A stretch of DNA of 64,000 nucleotides from Octopus bimaculoides (lineage: Eukaryota), in assembly GCF_001194135.2 (NCBI RefSeq), contig NC_068983.1, positions 33,180,740-33,244,739 of the forward strand. The letters run 5' to 3'. A model generated the notes under the pieces. It was not told where the DNA came from and made no database searches. It saw only the letters and a program-made list of their open reading frames with translations. Position numbers and translations under genes: made by a program. Shown here piece by piece: positions 1 to 13,900 of the stretch (position 1 is the first letter of the stretch; the number at the start of each line of letters is the position of its first letter).

Positions 1-309
1 TGCCATCCTAGCTCCTGTGAAAAGGGATTACCCTGCTATGTATAATCAGGGCAGTGCAAAAAGTTGTTTTGCACAAGCATTTCTATAGCCAATTACACGG
101 ATGAAATTTACGTATGCTTAATAATTTTTACGCAAAACAGCTTTCAGACTTTCCCTATTAATTTCATCATCTTTTGAATTATGAACATATTTACATCATA
201 AGGGTTTTTTCGTTGTAAGGCTTTCTTTTTTAGTTGATTTTCAGCTAGCAAGACTTATCGTAGATGACATAATAAGTCACACCCGGACAAGGTCGGGTTA
301 TACTGCTAG
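1..309 (+). mobile_element. Helitron 3' end (element starts before window)
   Basis: GC hairpin CCCGGACAAGGTCGGG followed by TTATACTG-CTAG|T, the canonical Helitron 3' terminus. The same terminus occurs at 2201 and 62970. Confidence 0.6.
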
Positions 310-316
310 TATATAT

Positions 317-989
317 ATAAATTGAACCACAAAAAAACCATCACACATATACTAAACAGAAACTGTTTATTAACAGACTGCCATGGTATTGATTGAAGAG
401 TACTAATTAAGAAATCATTCTTTCCTGATGATAAAACGTCTTTTCCAGAAACATGTTTGACATCACATGGTGTCATGTGATGACAGTGTCCTGGATCCAA
501 AGAGATAAACTCAATATCTCGTGTGACCACCATTAGCATTGATTACTGCCAGCATCTTCTGTACATTGAATGCACCAAACAATTGATTAAGGCCATGGGA
601 ATAACAGCCCACACTCTGTTGAATCTTGTAGTGAGTTGTGCCGCAGTTGTTGGTCATGGACGGATGCCATTTAGCCTTCCCTGGATTTCGTCCCACAGGT
701 GCTCTATGGGGTTCAAGTCTAGACTTAGGGGCAGGCCATGGCAGTGTCTGGACGTTGTGCTTTTGGAGGAAGTCTGTTGTCAACCTGGCAGTATGGGCAT
801 GGGTGTTGTCATGTTGAAACACGTAATTCAGATGACAAGTAAAGTATGATACAATGTGAAGCCTCAACACTTGGTTGATGCAGTGAGCAGTGGTGACTCC
901 ATTGTTCCAGCCTTGCCTGATGTTTTGGAAGACCACCGGTCCAAGTTTCTTGTTGAGTGCAATCCTGCCTCATACCATGATGCTTTGTT
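317..989 (-). mobile_element. Tc1-like transposase remnant (C-terminal DDE part)
   Basis: Translates to FQHDNTHAHTARLTTDFLQKHNVQTLPWPA, then a frameshift to DLNPIEHLWDEI. Ends near a TA-rich junction at about 311-330. The 5' side is cut by a SINE. Confidence 0.85.
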
Positions 990-1210
990 AAGGCAGCGAG
1001 CTGGCAGAAATGTTAGCACGCTGGGCAAAATGCTTAGCGGTATTTCATCTGTCTTTATGTTCTGAGTTCAAATTCTGCCGAGGTCGACTTTGCCTTTCAT
1101 CCTTTCAAGGTCGATAAATTAAGTACAAGTTGTGTACTGGGGTCGATCAAATTGACTGGCCTCCTCCCCACAAATTTCAGGCCTTGTGCCTGTAATAGAA
1201 AGGATTATTT
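990..1210 (+). mobile_element. SINE family A (tRNA-like head, central domain resembling Deu/Nin type)
   Basis: GGCAGCGAGCTGGCAGAAA...GAGTTCAAAT...GACTTTGCCTTTCATCCTTT. Further copies at about 20759(+), 25340(-), 28919(+), 40250(-), 40860(+), 42330(-), 43950(-), 52720(-), 53900(+). Confidence 0.85.
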
Positions 1211-1919
1211 ACCATTTGTTTTCTATACTGACATGGGTTGGACAGTTTGAAAGGATTTGGTGAGCTACAAGGCTATGCTAAGATCCCTTTTTAGTTTCGA
1301 CATGGTTTTTATGTCTGGATGCCCTTCCTAATGCCAACCATGTTACAGAGTGTGGTGGAGGTTTTTTTCTTGACATTGGCACTATTGAGGTTGCTGTGCA
1401 ACTTGGAAGATAGAGAAAGAACAAGGAAGAAAAGAAAAAGCTCCCACTACTAAAAGTGGGGTATTTGAGAGAGGAATGTGGAAATAAATGGCTTTATGCA
1501 AGTATTAAAAAGCTAAAGTGTGGTAGAGGAACAAGCAGAGGTATATTGCGATAGAGGAGATACATGGCTGAAGAAGATAAAAGGATGGTAGTGATGGGTG
1601 CTAGGGCAAACACTCAAGCTACAAGAAGGCAAGCATAAGCAAGGATATAGAGTGGGTCATGGAAGGGGATGACAGAGTGGGTACTTTTGTAAGAGGAAAT
1701 TTATAAAACATTGATGTATGTTGTAGTATTGGAAATGTCAACCAGAAGATGAAATTATGAAACAATCTCTTATCACTTGTATATTGAAATAGCGAAAAAG
1801 CAACAACCAGCGTTATTGAAAATATCAAGTAGATAATTAGTTTTTTTTTTATTATCACAAAACATATTTAGAAAATAGAAAATTTCATTTTAGTATTCAA
1901 ACAGTTAACCAGAACTCTT

Positions 1920-2049
<130 letters not shown>

Positions 2050-2200
2050 TAAAGATGCAGACATTCATGCACACACACACAAACAAATATATATGTCAGT
2101 AAAAGTATATTAAAAGTAAGCTGGGCAGCAATCCAATATAGTACTTTAAAGCTGGAGTTCTAAGGTCAAATCCAAAGCAAGTCTGTGTAAGTATTAAATA

Positions 2201-2270
2201 CTAGCAGTATAGCCCGGCGTTGCCTGGGATTAAGTTAGGATTATTAAGTGATCAAGTGTTTTATTTCAAA
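2201..2270 (-). mobile_element. Helitron 3' end fragment abutting an RTE LINE
   Basis: Minus strand reads CCCAGGCAACGCCGGG hairpin, then CTATACTG-CTAG|T. The internal boundary is approximate. Confidence 0.55.
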
Positions 2271-2279
2271 CCAAAATAA

Positions 2280-4975
2280 GTGACACCGACATCAAATGCA
2301 CGAAGGTGATCACACAACAACATGGATGCACCCAAGGTTCAAAGTTTGGCACTTGCTAGATTATGTCATCATCCGCAAGCACAACATTTATGACATTTGT
2401 AATGTCAAGTCCTTCCATGGATCAGAATGCTGGACAGACCACAGTCTGGAGTGAGCAAAGTTCCGAATGGTAATTAGAGTAAAAGAGAGAAGAGGACCAG
2501 TCAGCATTCCTCACCGTCTAAATGTCCACAAGGTATATGATGTTGTGGTTAGGAAAGAACTTCAGACTCGCTTGTCCAGCATTGAAACTGCTGCAGCATG
2601 GGAGGATTTTCGAGACCACATTCTACAATGTGCAGCTGAAACCCTGGGATATGTTACTGCCAGACACAGAGACTGGTTTGACGAGAATGATGCTGAAGTT
2701 CAGCGACTATTGGTGGTAAAGCGCCATNNNNNNNNNNNNNNNNNNNNNNNNNNNNNNNNNNNNNNNNNNNNNNNNNNNNNNNNNNNNNNNNNNNNNNNNN
2801 NNNNNNNNNNNNNNNNNNNNNNNNNNNNNNNNNNNNNNNNNNNNNNNNNNNNNNNNNNNNNNNNNNNNNNNNNNNATAACAGTGTAAAATCACTACTGCA
2901 GCGATCTCTGAGGAAGATGCAGAACACTTGGTGGGAGGATCTTGCTCATGATGTTCAGGCTGCTGCTGATGCAAATGACAGCAAGAAGCTTTACCATATT
3001 ATGAAGCGCGCTTATGGACCTAAGGGCTCCACATCAGCTCCTTTGCTTTCCAAAGAGTCTTCCACCCTGTTTACTAAATCAACAGAAATCACAGGTCGCT
3101 GGATCGAACACTTCTCTGAACTCCTAAACCATGAGTCAGTTGTGGATGAAACAGATTGATACTATGCAACAAAGACCTATCATTGGCTCCTTAGACTCTT
3201 CGCCCTCAATAGATGAAGTAATGACATCAATAAGTAAATTGAATCTCGGTAGGGCACCTGGAAAGGGTGGTATTTGTGCCGAGGTCTTGCGATTTGGTGG
3301 TAATTACATCACACAGTCCCTTCATGAACTTATTAGTGCAGTCTGGAGGGATAGTGCAATCCCTAAGGACTGGAAGGATGCAATTATTCTTCCTCTGTAT
3401 AAAGGAAGAGGAGCCAGAACAATGTGTGGTAACTACAGAGGTATCCACTATCAGCTGCTGGCAAGGTTCTGGCAAATATTTTTCTTACCTGTCTGAATGG
3501 GTGTCTCGTAAATAATGTCCTATCTGAATCTCAATGTGGCTTCCGATCTGGTAGAGGGACAATGGATATGATCTTCACAGCAAGACAGATGCAGGAGAAG
3601 TGCTATGAGCAGAATATGGATCTTGTCCAGGTATTCATTGATTTAACAAAGGCAGATCACTTTATATCTATAATTAAATCATTTCATAATGGGATGGAGG
3701 CTTGGGTCAATGTTGTTGGTGGCATGGCAGGACCCATTCCAGTAGAGAATGGTGTCAAGCAGGGTGCCATCCTTGCGCCAACTCTCTTTTCTTTGTACTT
3801 TGCTGCTGCTTTTACTCATGCTTTTGCTAAGGTTAGTTCTCTGGGAATATATGTCAGATATCGATCTTCTGGCCGCCTCTTTAATCTTCGCTGATTTGCT
3901 GCCAATTCAAAGGTTCTCCAATCTATTATTCATGACCTCCTTTATGCAGATGACTGTGACTTAGTCACTCATACAGTGGATGACATGCAAATACTCATGA
4001 ATTGCATTTCTGCTTCTTGCAAGGCATTTGGACTTAGCATTAGCCTGGACAAGACTGTTGTAATGTTTCAGCCTGCACCAGGACATCCATATGTGAAACC
4101 AGCTATCTTGGTTGAAGGAACAATTCTGAAGGTAGTAGACAAGTTTGTCTACCTGGGCAGCACACTCAGCCATTCTTGCTCCCTGGATGAGGAAATATGT
4201 TTCAGGTTGCAGAGAGCAACTAATTCCTTCCTGTCTCTTCCGTCTCGTGTCTGGTCCCAGCATGGCATAGCAAGGCAAACAAAAGTTGCTGTGTACTGTG
4301 CATGTGTACTGACATCGATCCTCTACTCATGTGAGACATGGACTCTGTACAAATGTCAGATAAGGGTCCTTGAATGCTTTCATCAGAGATATCTCAGGCA
4401 CATTCTCAATGTTGGCTGGACCTCAAAGATTCCAGACACACAGATCCTGAGGACAGCTGATATCTTGAGTATTGAGGCGATGGTGCACAAGCACCAGTTA
4501 CATTGGACTGGACACGTTATTAGAATGAAGGATAGCAGGATTCCTAAGCAGATGCTCTATGGAGAACTTGTGAACGGAAGGAGACTCCGGCAGAAACCAA
4601 GACTGTGCTTTAAGACTGTGTCAAGTCCTCATTAAAGGACTGTGATATGCAGGACACTGACTGGGAGAACATTGCCTGTCATTGTCACAGATGGAGGAAG
4701 CAGGTTAAGGAGGGGATCAACACTTTTGAGAGAGCACATATCCAGCATGAAGAACTTAAGCGAGCTGCGTGAAAGTGCACGGCTCGTATAGTGAATGGGG
4801 AAAGCTTAATCTGCAATGTTTGCAGTCGTGTATGCTTATCAAGAGCAGGGCTCATTAGCCACCAACGGAGTCATAAATGCAAAATGTAAGTTAGTACTAG
4901 AGCGCAGAATGTTCCTGAAGGTCGGCAATGGTCTTCCTCGGTCACAAGTGGACAGCCATCATGTATGTATGTATA
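2280..4975 (+). mobile_element. RTE-clade LINE (BovB-like), 5'-truncated, disrupted ORF
   Basis: APE C-terminus (WHLLDYVII, CWTDH), then RT (QCGFRSGRGTMDMIF, DLTKA, GVKQGAILAP, LYADD, FVYLGS) and a C-terminal C2H2-like CSRVCLSRAGLISHQRSH. Has stops, frameshifts and an internal RT deletion after DLTKA. Confidence 0.95.
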
Positions 4976-6034
4976 TATTTATCTGTATGTGTCTTTGTGT
5001 CTGTGTTTGTCCAATGTTGGCGTGTTTACATCCCTGTAACTCAGCAGTTCGCCAAAAGATACCAATAGAATACAAAGAATAAGTCCTGGGGTTGATTTCT
5101 TTGACTAAAAATCCTTTAAGGCAGTGCTCCAGCATGGCCACAGTCAAGTTACTAAAGCAAGTAAAAGAATAAAAGAATTAAGGTTGCAGATATGTCTTTG
5201 CTTAAATGTAAAATTCAGCCTTTTCTTATATTCAAATGTCATTCACACATGTACGCACATACACACACTTGAAAGTAGCATCAGCTTAGAAATTCTATTA
5301 ACTTTGGCAACAGTTTTGTATTTTCCTTCATGATTCATATGCCATGCACATATATAATCGTAATCTCACAACCCTATCCTTTCAAGTAATAAGCTCATGA
5401 ACGTTAATTATGTGCTACAATATAAAACAGAAGACTAAGAACACAGCAGTGAGGCTAACGAAGAACAATGACAAATAAAACTCTTCTGTGATCATAACAT
5501 TTATGAATAAATAAATTTGAGTTAATAAACATTAAAAAAGACATATTAGTATGAATGTTAATGTCACTAAAAATTGATATTAAAAATATAAGATGCTGTT
5601 AGTTATCCATTTCCCTGTGTACATATCAATTATTAATGAAAATGTCAAAAATACGTAGATTTATTGTGTAATGGAATTAAGTTGTTAAAACCACTAGAAA
5701 AACAATATTTCACTGCATTATTTTGGTTTAGATTATTGGAAACTGTTAGACATGTCCAACAAGTATGAAAACAAAATAGTCATCTGCCAAATAATTCTTT
5801 TTCTCCTTTCCTTCACTCTTTCTCTCTCACACTCTCTAACACAAATTCTCTTCTCTCTCTCTCTCTCTCTCTTGTGTTACATTGTTATCTTGTCTCATTA
5901 GTTTCAATTTCTCACTCTATTATCTACACATTTTTTCCCCTCTTTATTCACAATGACTCTGGCCTTTTTCTAGTTTCTGAAGTGGAACAGACACACACAT
6001 CTGATTATTATATTTTATGATGGTATATATACTT

Positions 6035-6250
6035 TCTTTTACTCTTTTACTTGCTTCAGTCATTTGACTGTGGCCATGCTGGAGCACCACCTTTAGTCAA
6101 GCAAACCAACCCCAGGACTTATTCTTTGTAAGCCTAGTACTTACTCTATTGTTCTCTTTTGCCGAACCGCTAAGCTATGGGGATGTAAACACACCAGCAT
6201 CGGTTGTCAAGCGATGTTGGGGGGGACAAACACAGACACACAAACATATA
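6035..6250 (-). mobile_element. SINE family C / tail
   Basis: CAGTCATTTGACTGTGGCCATGCTGGAGCACC...GCCGAACCGCTAAG...ACACCAGCATCGGTTGTCAAGCG. Related copies at about 5010(+), 22390(-), 35100(+), 40030(-), 56590(-). Confidence 0.8.
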
Positions 6251-6536
6251 CGCACACACACACACACACACACATAAATATATATATATATATATATATA
6301 NNNNNNNNNNNNNNNNNNNNNNNNNNNNNNNNNNNNNNNNNNNNNNNNNNNNNNNNNNNNNNNNNNNNNNNNNNNNNNNNNNNNNNNNNNNNNNNNNNNN
6401 NNNNNNNNNNNNNNNNNNNNNNNNNNNNNNNNNNNNNNNNNNNNNNNNNNNNNNNNNNNNNNNNNNNNNNNNNNNNNNNNNNNNNNNNNNNNNNNNNNNN
6501 NNNNNNNNNNNNNNNNNNNNNNNNNNNNNNNNNNNN

Positions 6537-6579
<43 letters not shown>

Positions 6580-6760
6580 ATCATCATCGTCATCATCATC
6601 ATCATCATCTGATGTCTTCTAGCATGGGTTGGACGGTTTGACCTGGGCTGGTAAGCTGGAAGGCTGCACCAGACTCCAATCTGATTTGGCATGGTTTACA
6701 ACTGCTGGATACCCTTCCTAATGCCAACCACTTCGAGAGTGTAATGGATGCTTTTATGTG

Positions 6761-6816
<56 letters not shown>

Positions 6817-7046
6817 CATCATCATCATCTTTTAACATCCATTTATATATATACATGCATAAATGTATAGCTATATACATACGTAAATGTACATATATAT
6901 GTATGTAGATTTATATATATTAATATATATATATTACACACACACAATAATCATGAAAAGCAAAAAGATGAAACATCATATTGAATCTGATACTATTTTT
7001 ACAACAAATCATAGGAAAACCAAAATTTAAATATCTTATTGAATGC

Positions 7047-7750
7047 TTATTGAGGAGGCCAAAAGTCAACAATGTGTTGAGGTATTGAATTACAAGGATC
7101 TAACACTTTTAATCCAATCTCTTGTTGCCACTTAAACTTGCACATATACGAGTCCAGTAGGCATCTGTGAGTACTATTTTGTCTTTTACTTTTTTCATAA
7201 GTACTCTTCCAGAGTCTTTCAATATTTTGGGTGTGAGCTCCATTAATAGGACTGACAAAGTGTAGAGAATGATTTACAGTGAGATGTTGAAAATGACCAA
7301 TATTAATTATATGTTTATATGCTGACCATTCATCACTTATGATGGTAGTACCCAGTCTTATATTATCTTCTATTATTGGAAGAAGTGTTGTCGCAGACTT
7401 GTTAGGGACAATAAACATGAAACGCTCTTTTGTTTCTCTATAAATACCTCTAAAAACCCACTGTTGAGTAGTTGACACCCGATGCAATTTTTTCTTTTAG
7501 TGAACACACTTTTGTTGATTTCAACAGTCATATTGGGTCCCCCAATCACTCGTGGGTTAGCCAAAATGTGTGCAGCACAAACTTCTCTCAAATAGTTATT
7601 CCAGTCAACAACACAATTGGCTTTCATTTCAAGCTCATGTTCATAAAATTTGATACTTGTCATGTTGTACGCCCAGCGATATATAAAAAGTGCTGCTTTA
7701 TGAAAAGATAAACGTGAATTAGCAAACCAATTTTCTGTACTTGCCTGCAT
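7047..7750 (-). mobile_element. Merlin (IS1595/ISXO2-like DDE) transposase remnant, one frameshift
   Basis: VVDWNNYLREVC, IGGPNMTVEI, then WVFRGI, LLPII, GTTIISDEWSAY, HLTVNHS, GAHTQNIERLW: the typical ISXO2/Merlin motifs. Confidence 0.9.
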
Positions 7751-8419
7751 CCATGAATTCTACACCGCCATCTATTTTGACTTCCAACTGAGAAATTTTC
7801 TTTTCTTGTCCACTTTGTGGGCTGCTTAAACACATGGGCCTTGGATTAACCCCATCTCCTCTCAATGGGACTGTATATATGTGTGTGTGTGTGTGTGTGT
7901 GTTTGCAAATGGACTCTTCCTGACTGAACTATCTTCAAAAAAGCCTTCTCAAAAACAGAATATTTATTAAGATTAAACTCTACAATACATCTTAATCTCA
8001 AGAAAAATTAATAAGATAAGGCATATATAAAGATCACTTGAAAAAAGTGAATATTTTTATATATGGGAATTTTTATATATGGGAGATAGCCCAAGGTTTA
8101 AGTGGGGAGATAACCCAATTTTTTAATGGCATTTTTTTAATGGGGTGAGATAACGAAAAAATACCGTCAAAAAGACTGAAACCAGTACTGACCTTTACAA
8201 AATGTACTTCATGATAAAATTATTTTAGCATTTTCTACCTTGTCTTATTTTCCTTATACATAACTCGTGTGTTACTTTCCAACCTTCTACATATATATGT
8301 GTGTATGTGTGTGTGTGTATGTGTGGTATCATATAAAAAGCCCATATGGTATCACATAAAAGTGCTCCAGTGGGGTCATGTAAAGGCGCACATGTGGTGC
8401 CATGTAAAAGTACCCAGCA

Positions 8420-9625
8420 TACCATGTAAAGTGGTTGGCATTAGGAAAGGCATCCAGTCATAGAAACCATGCCAAATCAGACTGGAGTCTAGTGCAGCCC
8501 CCTAGCCTGCCAGCTCTGGTCAAACAAACCACCCCATGCCAGCATGGACAATGGACATTAAATTATGATGATGAAAATGATGATTATATCATCACCACCA
8601 TCATTATTGTTTAACATCTGCCATCCATGCTGGCATGGGTTGGACGGTTTGACTGAGAACTGGCAAGCCAAGAGGCTGCACCAGGCTCCAATCTAACTTG
8701 GGAAGCTTTCTACAGCTGGATGACCTTCCTAATACCAACCACTCCAAGAGTGAAGTCGGTGATTTTTATGTTCCACCGGCATGGAAGCCAGTCAGGCAGC
8801 ACTGGCATCAGCCACACTCAAATAGTGTTTTTTACATACCACTGGTATGGGTACCAGTCAGGTGGAACTGGCATTGTGCCTGTCATATATATCATCATCA
8901 TCATCATCGTTGTTTAGCGTCCGCTTTCCATGCTAGCATGGGTTGGACGATTTGACTGAGGACCAGTGGACCAGGAGGTGACACCAGGCTCGAATCTGAT
9001 TTGGCAGAGTTTCTACAGCTGGATGCCCTTCCTAATGCCAACCACTCCGAGAGTGTAGTGGGTGCTTTTACGTGCAACTGGCAGCACAAGCAATGGCCAC
9101 ACTCAAAATGGTGTATTTTACGTGCCACCTGCACAGGAGCCAGTCCATCGGCACTGGCAATGATCTCGCTCGGATGTCTTTTCACGTATCAAAATAAGCA
9201 ACAAGGATATCCAAAGTTAATGCAGTATGATTGTTTCATGCGAAATGAAATTAAATGGAGTCACATGAAACGATCGTACTGCATTAACTTTGGATATCCT
9301 TGTTGCTTATTTTGATTTTAATCACCTTATTTCGAAACTGTATGGATAATACCATACTTATTTCTGGTGCCTAAATTTAAGTACCATATTCACCTGAATC
9401 TAAATTTTATATATATATATCATCATCATCATCATCATCGTTTAACCTCCGCTTTCCATGCTAGCATGGGTTGGACGACTTGACTGAGGACTGGTGAAAC
9501 CGGATGGCAACACCAGGCTCCAATCTAAATTTGGCAGAGTTTCTACAGCTGGATGCCCTTCCTAACGCCAACCACTCAGAGAGTGTAGTACGTGCTTTTA
9601 CGTGTCACCTGCACGAAGGCCAGTC
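8420..9625. mobile_element. Cluster of four family D short retro-repeats with (CAT)n ends
   Basis: Repeated CATGCTAGCATGGGTTGGACG...GGATGCCCTTCCTAATGCCAACCAC. Other copies at about 1230, 6600, 10840, 28740, 38430, 42700, 46950. Confidence 0.8.
9188..9316. repeat. 129-bp foldback (53-bp arms, 23-bp spacer), MITE-like
   Basis: The arms differ only at two CG/TG positions. Confidence 0.85.
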
Positions 9626-10019
9626 NNNNNNNNNNNNNNNNNNNNNNNNNNNNNNNNNNNNNNNNNNNNNNNNNNNNNNNNNNNNNNNNNNNNNNNNNNN
9701 NNNNNNNNNNNNNNNNNNNNNNNNNNNNNNNNNNNNNNNNNNNNNNNNNNNNNNNNNNNNNNNNNNNNNNNNNNNNNNNNNNNNNNNNNNNNNNNNNNNN
9801 NNNNNNNNNNNNNNNNNNNNNNNNNNNNNNNNNNNNNNNNNNNNNNNNNNNNNNNNNNNNNNNNNNNNNNNNNNNNNNNNNNNNNNNNNNNNNNNNNNNN
9901 NNNNNNNNNNNNNNNNNNNNNNNNNNNNNNNNNNNNNNNNNNNNNNNNNNNNNNNNNNNNNNNNNNNNNNNNNNNNNNNNNNNNNNNNNNNNNNNNNNNN
10001 NNNNNNNNNNNNNNNNNNN

Positions 10020-10066
<47 letters not shown>

Positions 10067-11436
10067 GTATATATATATATTCACACACATATGCATACAT
10101 GTAAATATAGAGAGATAGAAGTTTGTTAAAATTGTTAGAAGAGTTATTTTGATAAAATATTATCAAAATAGATTACAACTTATTGAATTTTAATAAATTA
10201 AACAGTGAAGAATCACTCCAAGTTTCTACAAACAGACACAAAATAAAAATGATAGAATTTTGAAATATCTGAGATGTTGACATAACTCATTTCATAAATC
10301 ATGCTTTGAAATATATTTAGTTTTCTCAAATTTGTTACTTTTACTTGTTTTTTTTCTTTTTTACTGTTGTTTTCTTCAATCTCTTTGTATTGGTTCTAAC
10401 TTGCTGCATTTGGTTAAGTTGGCAAATTACAAGATCAGCAAGTGGATGGCCTTTGACTACAGAGGACTTGTGAAGGCTTGAAAGAATGAAGCTAGTATGC
10501 TGGATGGGTAATGCCAGTGTGCATGCATGACACAGTGTAAATGATTTAAGAGTGAAACTGCATATAAGAGGCATCAGATGTTGTGTGCAACAGAGAAGAC
10601 TGCACTGATTTGGTCATGTGATGCGTACAGATTAAGACAGCTCTATAAAGAAGTGCCAAACTCTAATCGTGGTGGGATACCTGTGGAAGGGGTAGACCCA
10701 GGACTATGTGGGATGAAGTGGTGAGAAAGGATCTTTGGGGTGGTGAGTCTCACTGACAAAATGACAAGCGATTGAGAAATGTGGAGATTTGCTGTACTTG
10801 GTGAGACATGCTGAGTTAAGTAAAATTGCTGTCTTCCACACGCACAGGCTTGTCTTTCAGGTGCTGGTGCCACTTAAAAACACCTGTGCTGGTGCTGTGT
10901 TAATGCAACCATTCCAGTGGTACATAAAAAAGCACCCAGTACATTCTGTTAAGTGGTTGGCATTAAGAAGGGCATCCAGTCATAGAAACCATGCCACAAC
11001 AGTCGATTGTAGTCTGGACAGCTCCCTGCTAGCCAATTCTATGTCAAACTGTCCAATTCATGCCAGCATGGAGAGTGGACGTTAATCAATAAGGATGGTT
11101 GGTTGGCTGGTTGGTTGGTAAGTAAGTAGGTAGGTAGGTGGGTAGGTAGTCAGGTAGGCAGGCAGATAGATATATGTATGTATGCATGTATGGTCATCAT
11201 CATCATCACCATTATCAAGATAAAGAGATGTATACACTTACATACACAATACATACATACATCCACATATCCAATGGGCTTCTTTCAGTTTTCATCTATC
11301 AAATCCACTCATAAATTTTTGGTAAGCCTGAAGATATAGCAAAACGCACTTGCCCAAAGTGTCACATAGTTGGACTGAATCTAAAACTATGTGGTTGGGA
11401 ACCCAACTTCTTAAGCACACAATCACACCTATACCT

Positions 11437-11676
11437 CAGGGCTGTGGAGTCAAAACAAAAAACTTTGACTCTGACTCCTCTACTATTGGCACCTCTGACT
11501 CCAACTCCTCTTTATGTAACTAAGTGATTGTGGTCTACATATCTCGTAAAGCATATCCATACGCGTGTACTTTGAGTAGGCCTATGTGTTATAAGTGGTT
11601 TATATTAAAGAATAAAGATATTGTGAGTTGGAATCAGAGTCGGTATAGTTTTACTGATGCTGACTCCACAACCCTG
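11437..11676. mobile_element. hAT-like MITE
   Basis: TIRs CAGGGCTGTGGAGTC / GACTCCACAACCCTG. Flanking 8-mers CTATACCT and CCACACCT are consistent with a decayed 8-bp TSD. Confidence 0.75.
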
Positions 11677-12155
11677 CCACACCTACTATTTATATAGACT
11701 TAAATATACACATATTTCATATGCTTTCATGTAAAGCTTTGACGGTTGTGGTGGTGATACTTGTGGTTGTGGTTTCCATAATGCACAAAAGACTGTAGCC
11801 TCATGTAATGCATAGTTCACCCACAGAGTAAATTAACTTAAAAGAATTTTTAACATCCTCAAGTTAAACCAATGGGATGTATTTGAATCAGCTAAGAACA
11901 TACTTAAACAGAGCTCCCAGTCAATTCTGCACTTTATAGTTAAGCAGATCATGATATTGAAAGTTGAGTGTCATTGTTCAAGTTCACTGATATAGAACAG
12001 CAAGGATAAAAGTGGGTGAATGTATATTTAATGCATGGAACACAGGTGGTAGCTTCCTTGTATATAGAATACAATAACTGTCTTAGCATATATTAGAATA
12101 CACATATGTATGTATGTATTTTGAATTCTATTTTTTCTGTTTGCACCAACATACC

Positions 12156-12196
<41 letters not shown>

Positions 12197-12769
12197 ATAC
12201 ACACACACAACAACAACAACAACAACGATATTCTCAAAAATAATATGTAATGAAGCAACATAGGTTTATATTTGGCTTTAAAGATAGATTAATGTCTTGG
12301 TTTTTTTGGTTTTCAATTTAAAAAATCTAAATAAGTATGAATCTGATTCACTTATTTTACGTTAGTCTGATTGTGTATACATGCATCTACTGATGCAGAC
12401 ATGCCTGGATTTGTATTTTATATGTATACATGAGAAAATATGTTTCTTAAAGGGAGAGAGATTAAAGACAAGAAAAGAACTCACAAGATATATTCACACA
12501 CACACACACGTATGTATGTATGATTGTATGTATGTATGTATGATTGTGTGTATGTATGTATGTATGTATGTATGTATGTATGCATGTAGGTTTGTAATTA
12601 TATATTTGTGCTAAAACAAAGTCATTGTTTAAACGCAACTCTTAGAATAATAATGGAAATTTACAGATGGAGTGACTCTCAACTAGGATTAGTGTTGAAT
12701 TTTTTGTAAAGATCAAGTTGACAGGAACTCCACACTGTGTGTTTGTGTGTGTGCTCTTCTATTTATAAT

Positions 12770-13900
12770 TATTTGAATTATTGTAAGAAAGGAGCTGGTT
12801 TCTGACAAAGATAAAAATACTCCATTGTTCAAATGTAGATAACAAAAGAAGATCATCATGTTGCACTTGAGAAAAGTGTTGCATATTTTTACTTTTCTAC
12901 TTACAGATAGTAATTGTAATGTGTTAGCGAATTGTTTTTTCTTTTTTCTGAAAACACTAGCTTTCCCAGATATAGTTTTCTGCCAGCTCAGTAGTTCCAT
13001 TCTTGGCTACAGGATTTGACTGTGCAATAGTAAGTCTACTCGATATATCAATTTGGCTTTCTGTAGTTCTTTTGAATATTCATATTAATGGCTTTCTGTA
13101 GATTGTACCAACTATTAGGTCTCTTCTAGGTGCCTTCTGCTTATGTAGCTTGCTACAGTGTAAGTTTTAGGGTTGACTGTGTATGCTTTACTGTCAACTT
13201 TGGTGATACAGCATTCTTTCTTAAACCGGAATGATTCAAAATCTTTCTGAGAAAGAGCTTTCTTATCAGTAATGTTTTTCTTCGTCAACACCTGGTATAA
13301 TGCCTGTGGTTAGGAAGTAAAATTGTGATTTATATTGGCTCACTCAAAAGTTTTTCTTTGATAAAGAAGCTTTTCACTCAGCCTGCTGAGTTTGTCTTCA
13401 AACTGCCTTCCTTCAAGAGCTTGGCATGAAGTGTAGCTTTTGAATTTCATTATTTTTTTTTACATTAGATGTAATTGGAGAGGTGTGAAATCATTGTTCT
13501 CCATACATTTCATTATCATGGTTAACAATCCCATATAGCAGCACACATTATTGATGTTTTCTTCAAGTATTTTTCCCCACCTAGGTTGTTTCTGCTTAGT
13601 GTTTTCATTAGCATATGCACTACATGTTTCTCCAAGGTGTTCTTTAAAATTCATTATAGCTGTTTATAGGAAAGAATAAATTGTCCAGTTATATACACCA
13701 CATGATTCCATGTGATCACCAGCAATATAAACAATAACTTTTGAAATGAGAGAAGTTGGCTTTTTAGTTAGTCCCAATAAACATGGCCTTTTGCTCAACA
13801 ATAGAAAAGAAAGACTGGAAAAATATCTTATGAATTGTGGTTTCAAAATGTACTTAAGTTCAATTTATTCTGTAGTCATTTCTATTGAATTCCTTGAATG
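12770..13900 (-). mobile_element. R4/Dong-like (REL) non-LTR remnant with internal deletions
   Basis: C-terminus LGKLVFSEK..LQLLSVSRKVKICNTFLK and a 3' UTR shared with the copy at 19930-20725. The upstream part is highly decayed. Confidence 0.55.

Noticed and set aside
7047-7750. Bacterial IS1595 contamination or horizontal transfer
   Set aside because: It is embedded in host-type repeats and is explained by the eukaryotic Merlin superfamily.
10170-10235. Terminal exon candidate ETWSDSSLFNLLKFNKL*
   Set aside because: Good acceptor and phase, but no recognisable similarity and too short to support.
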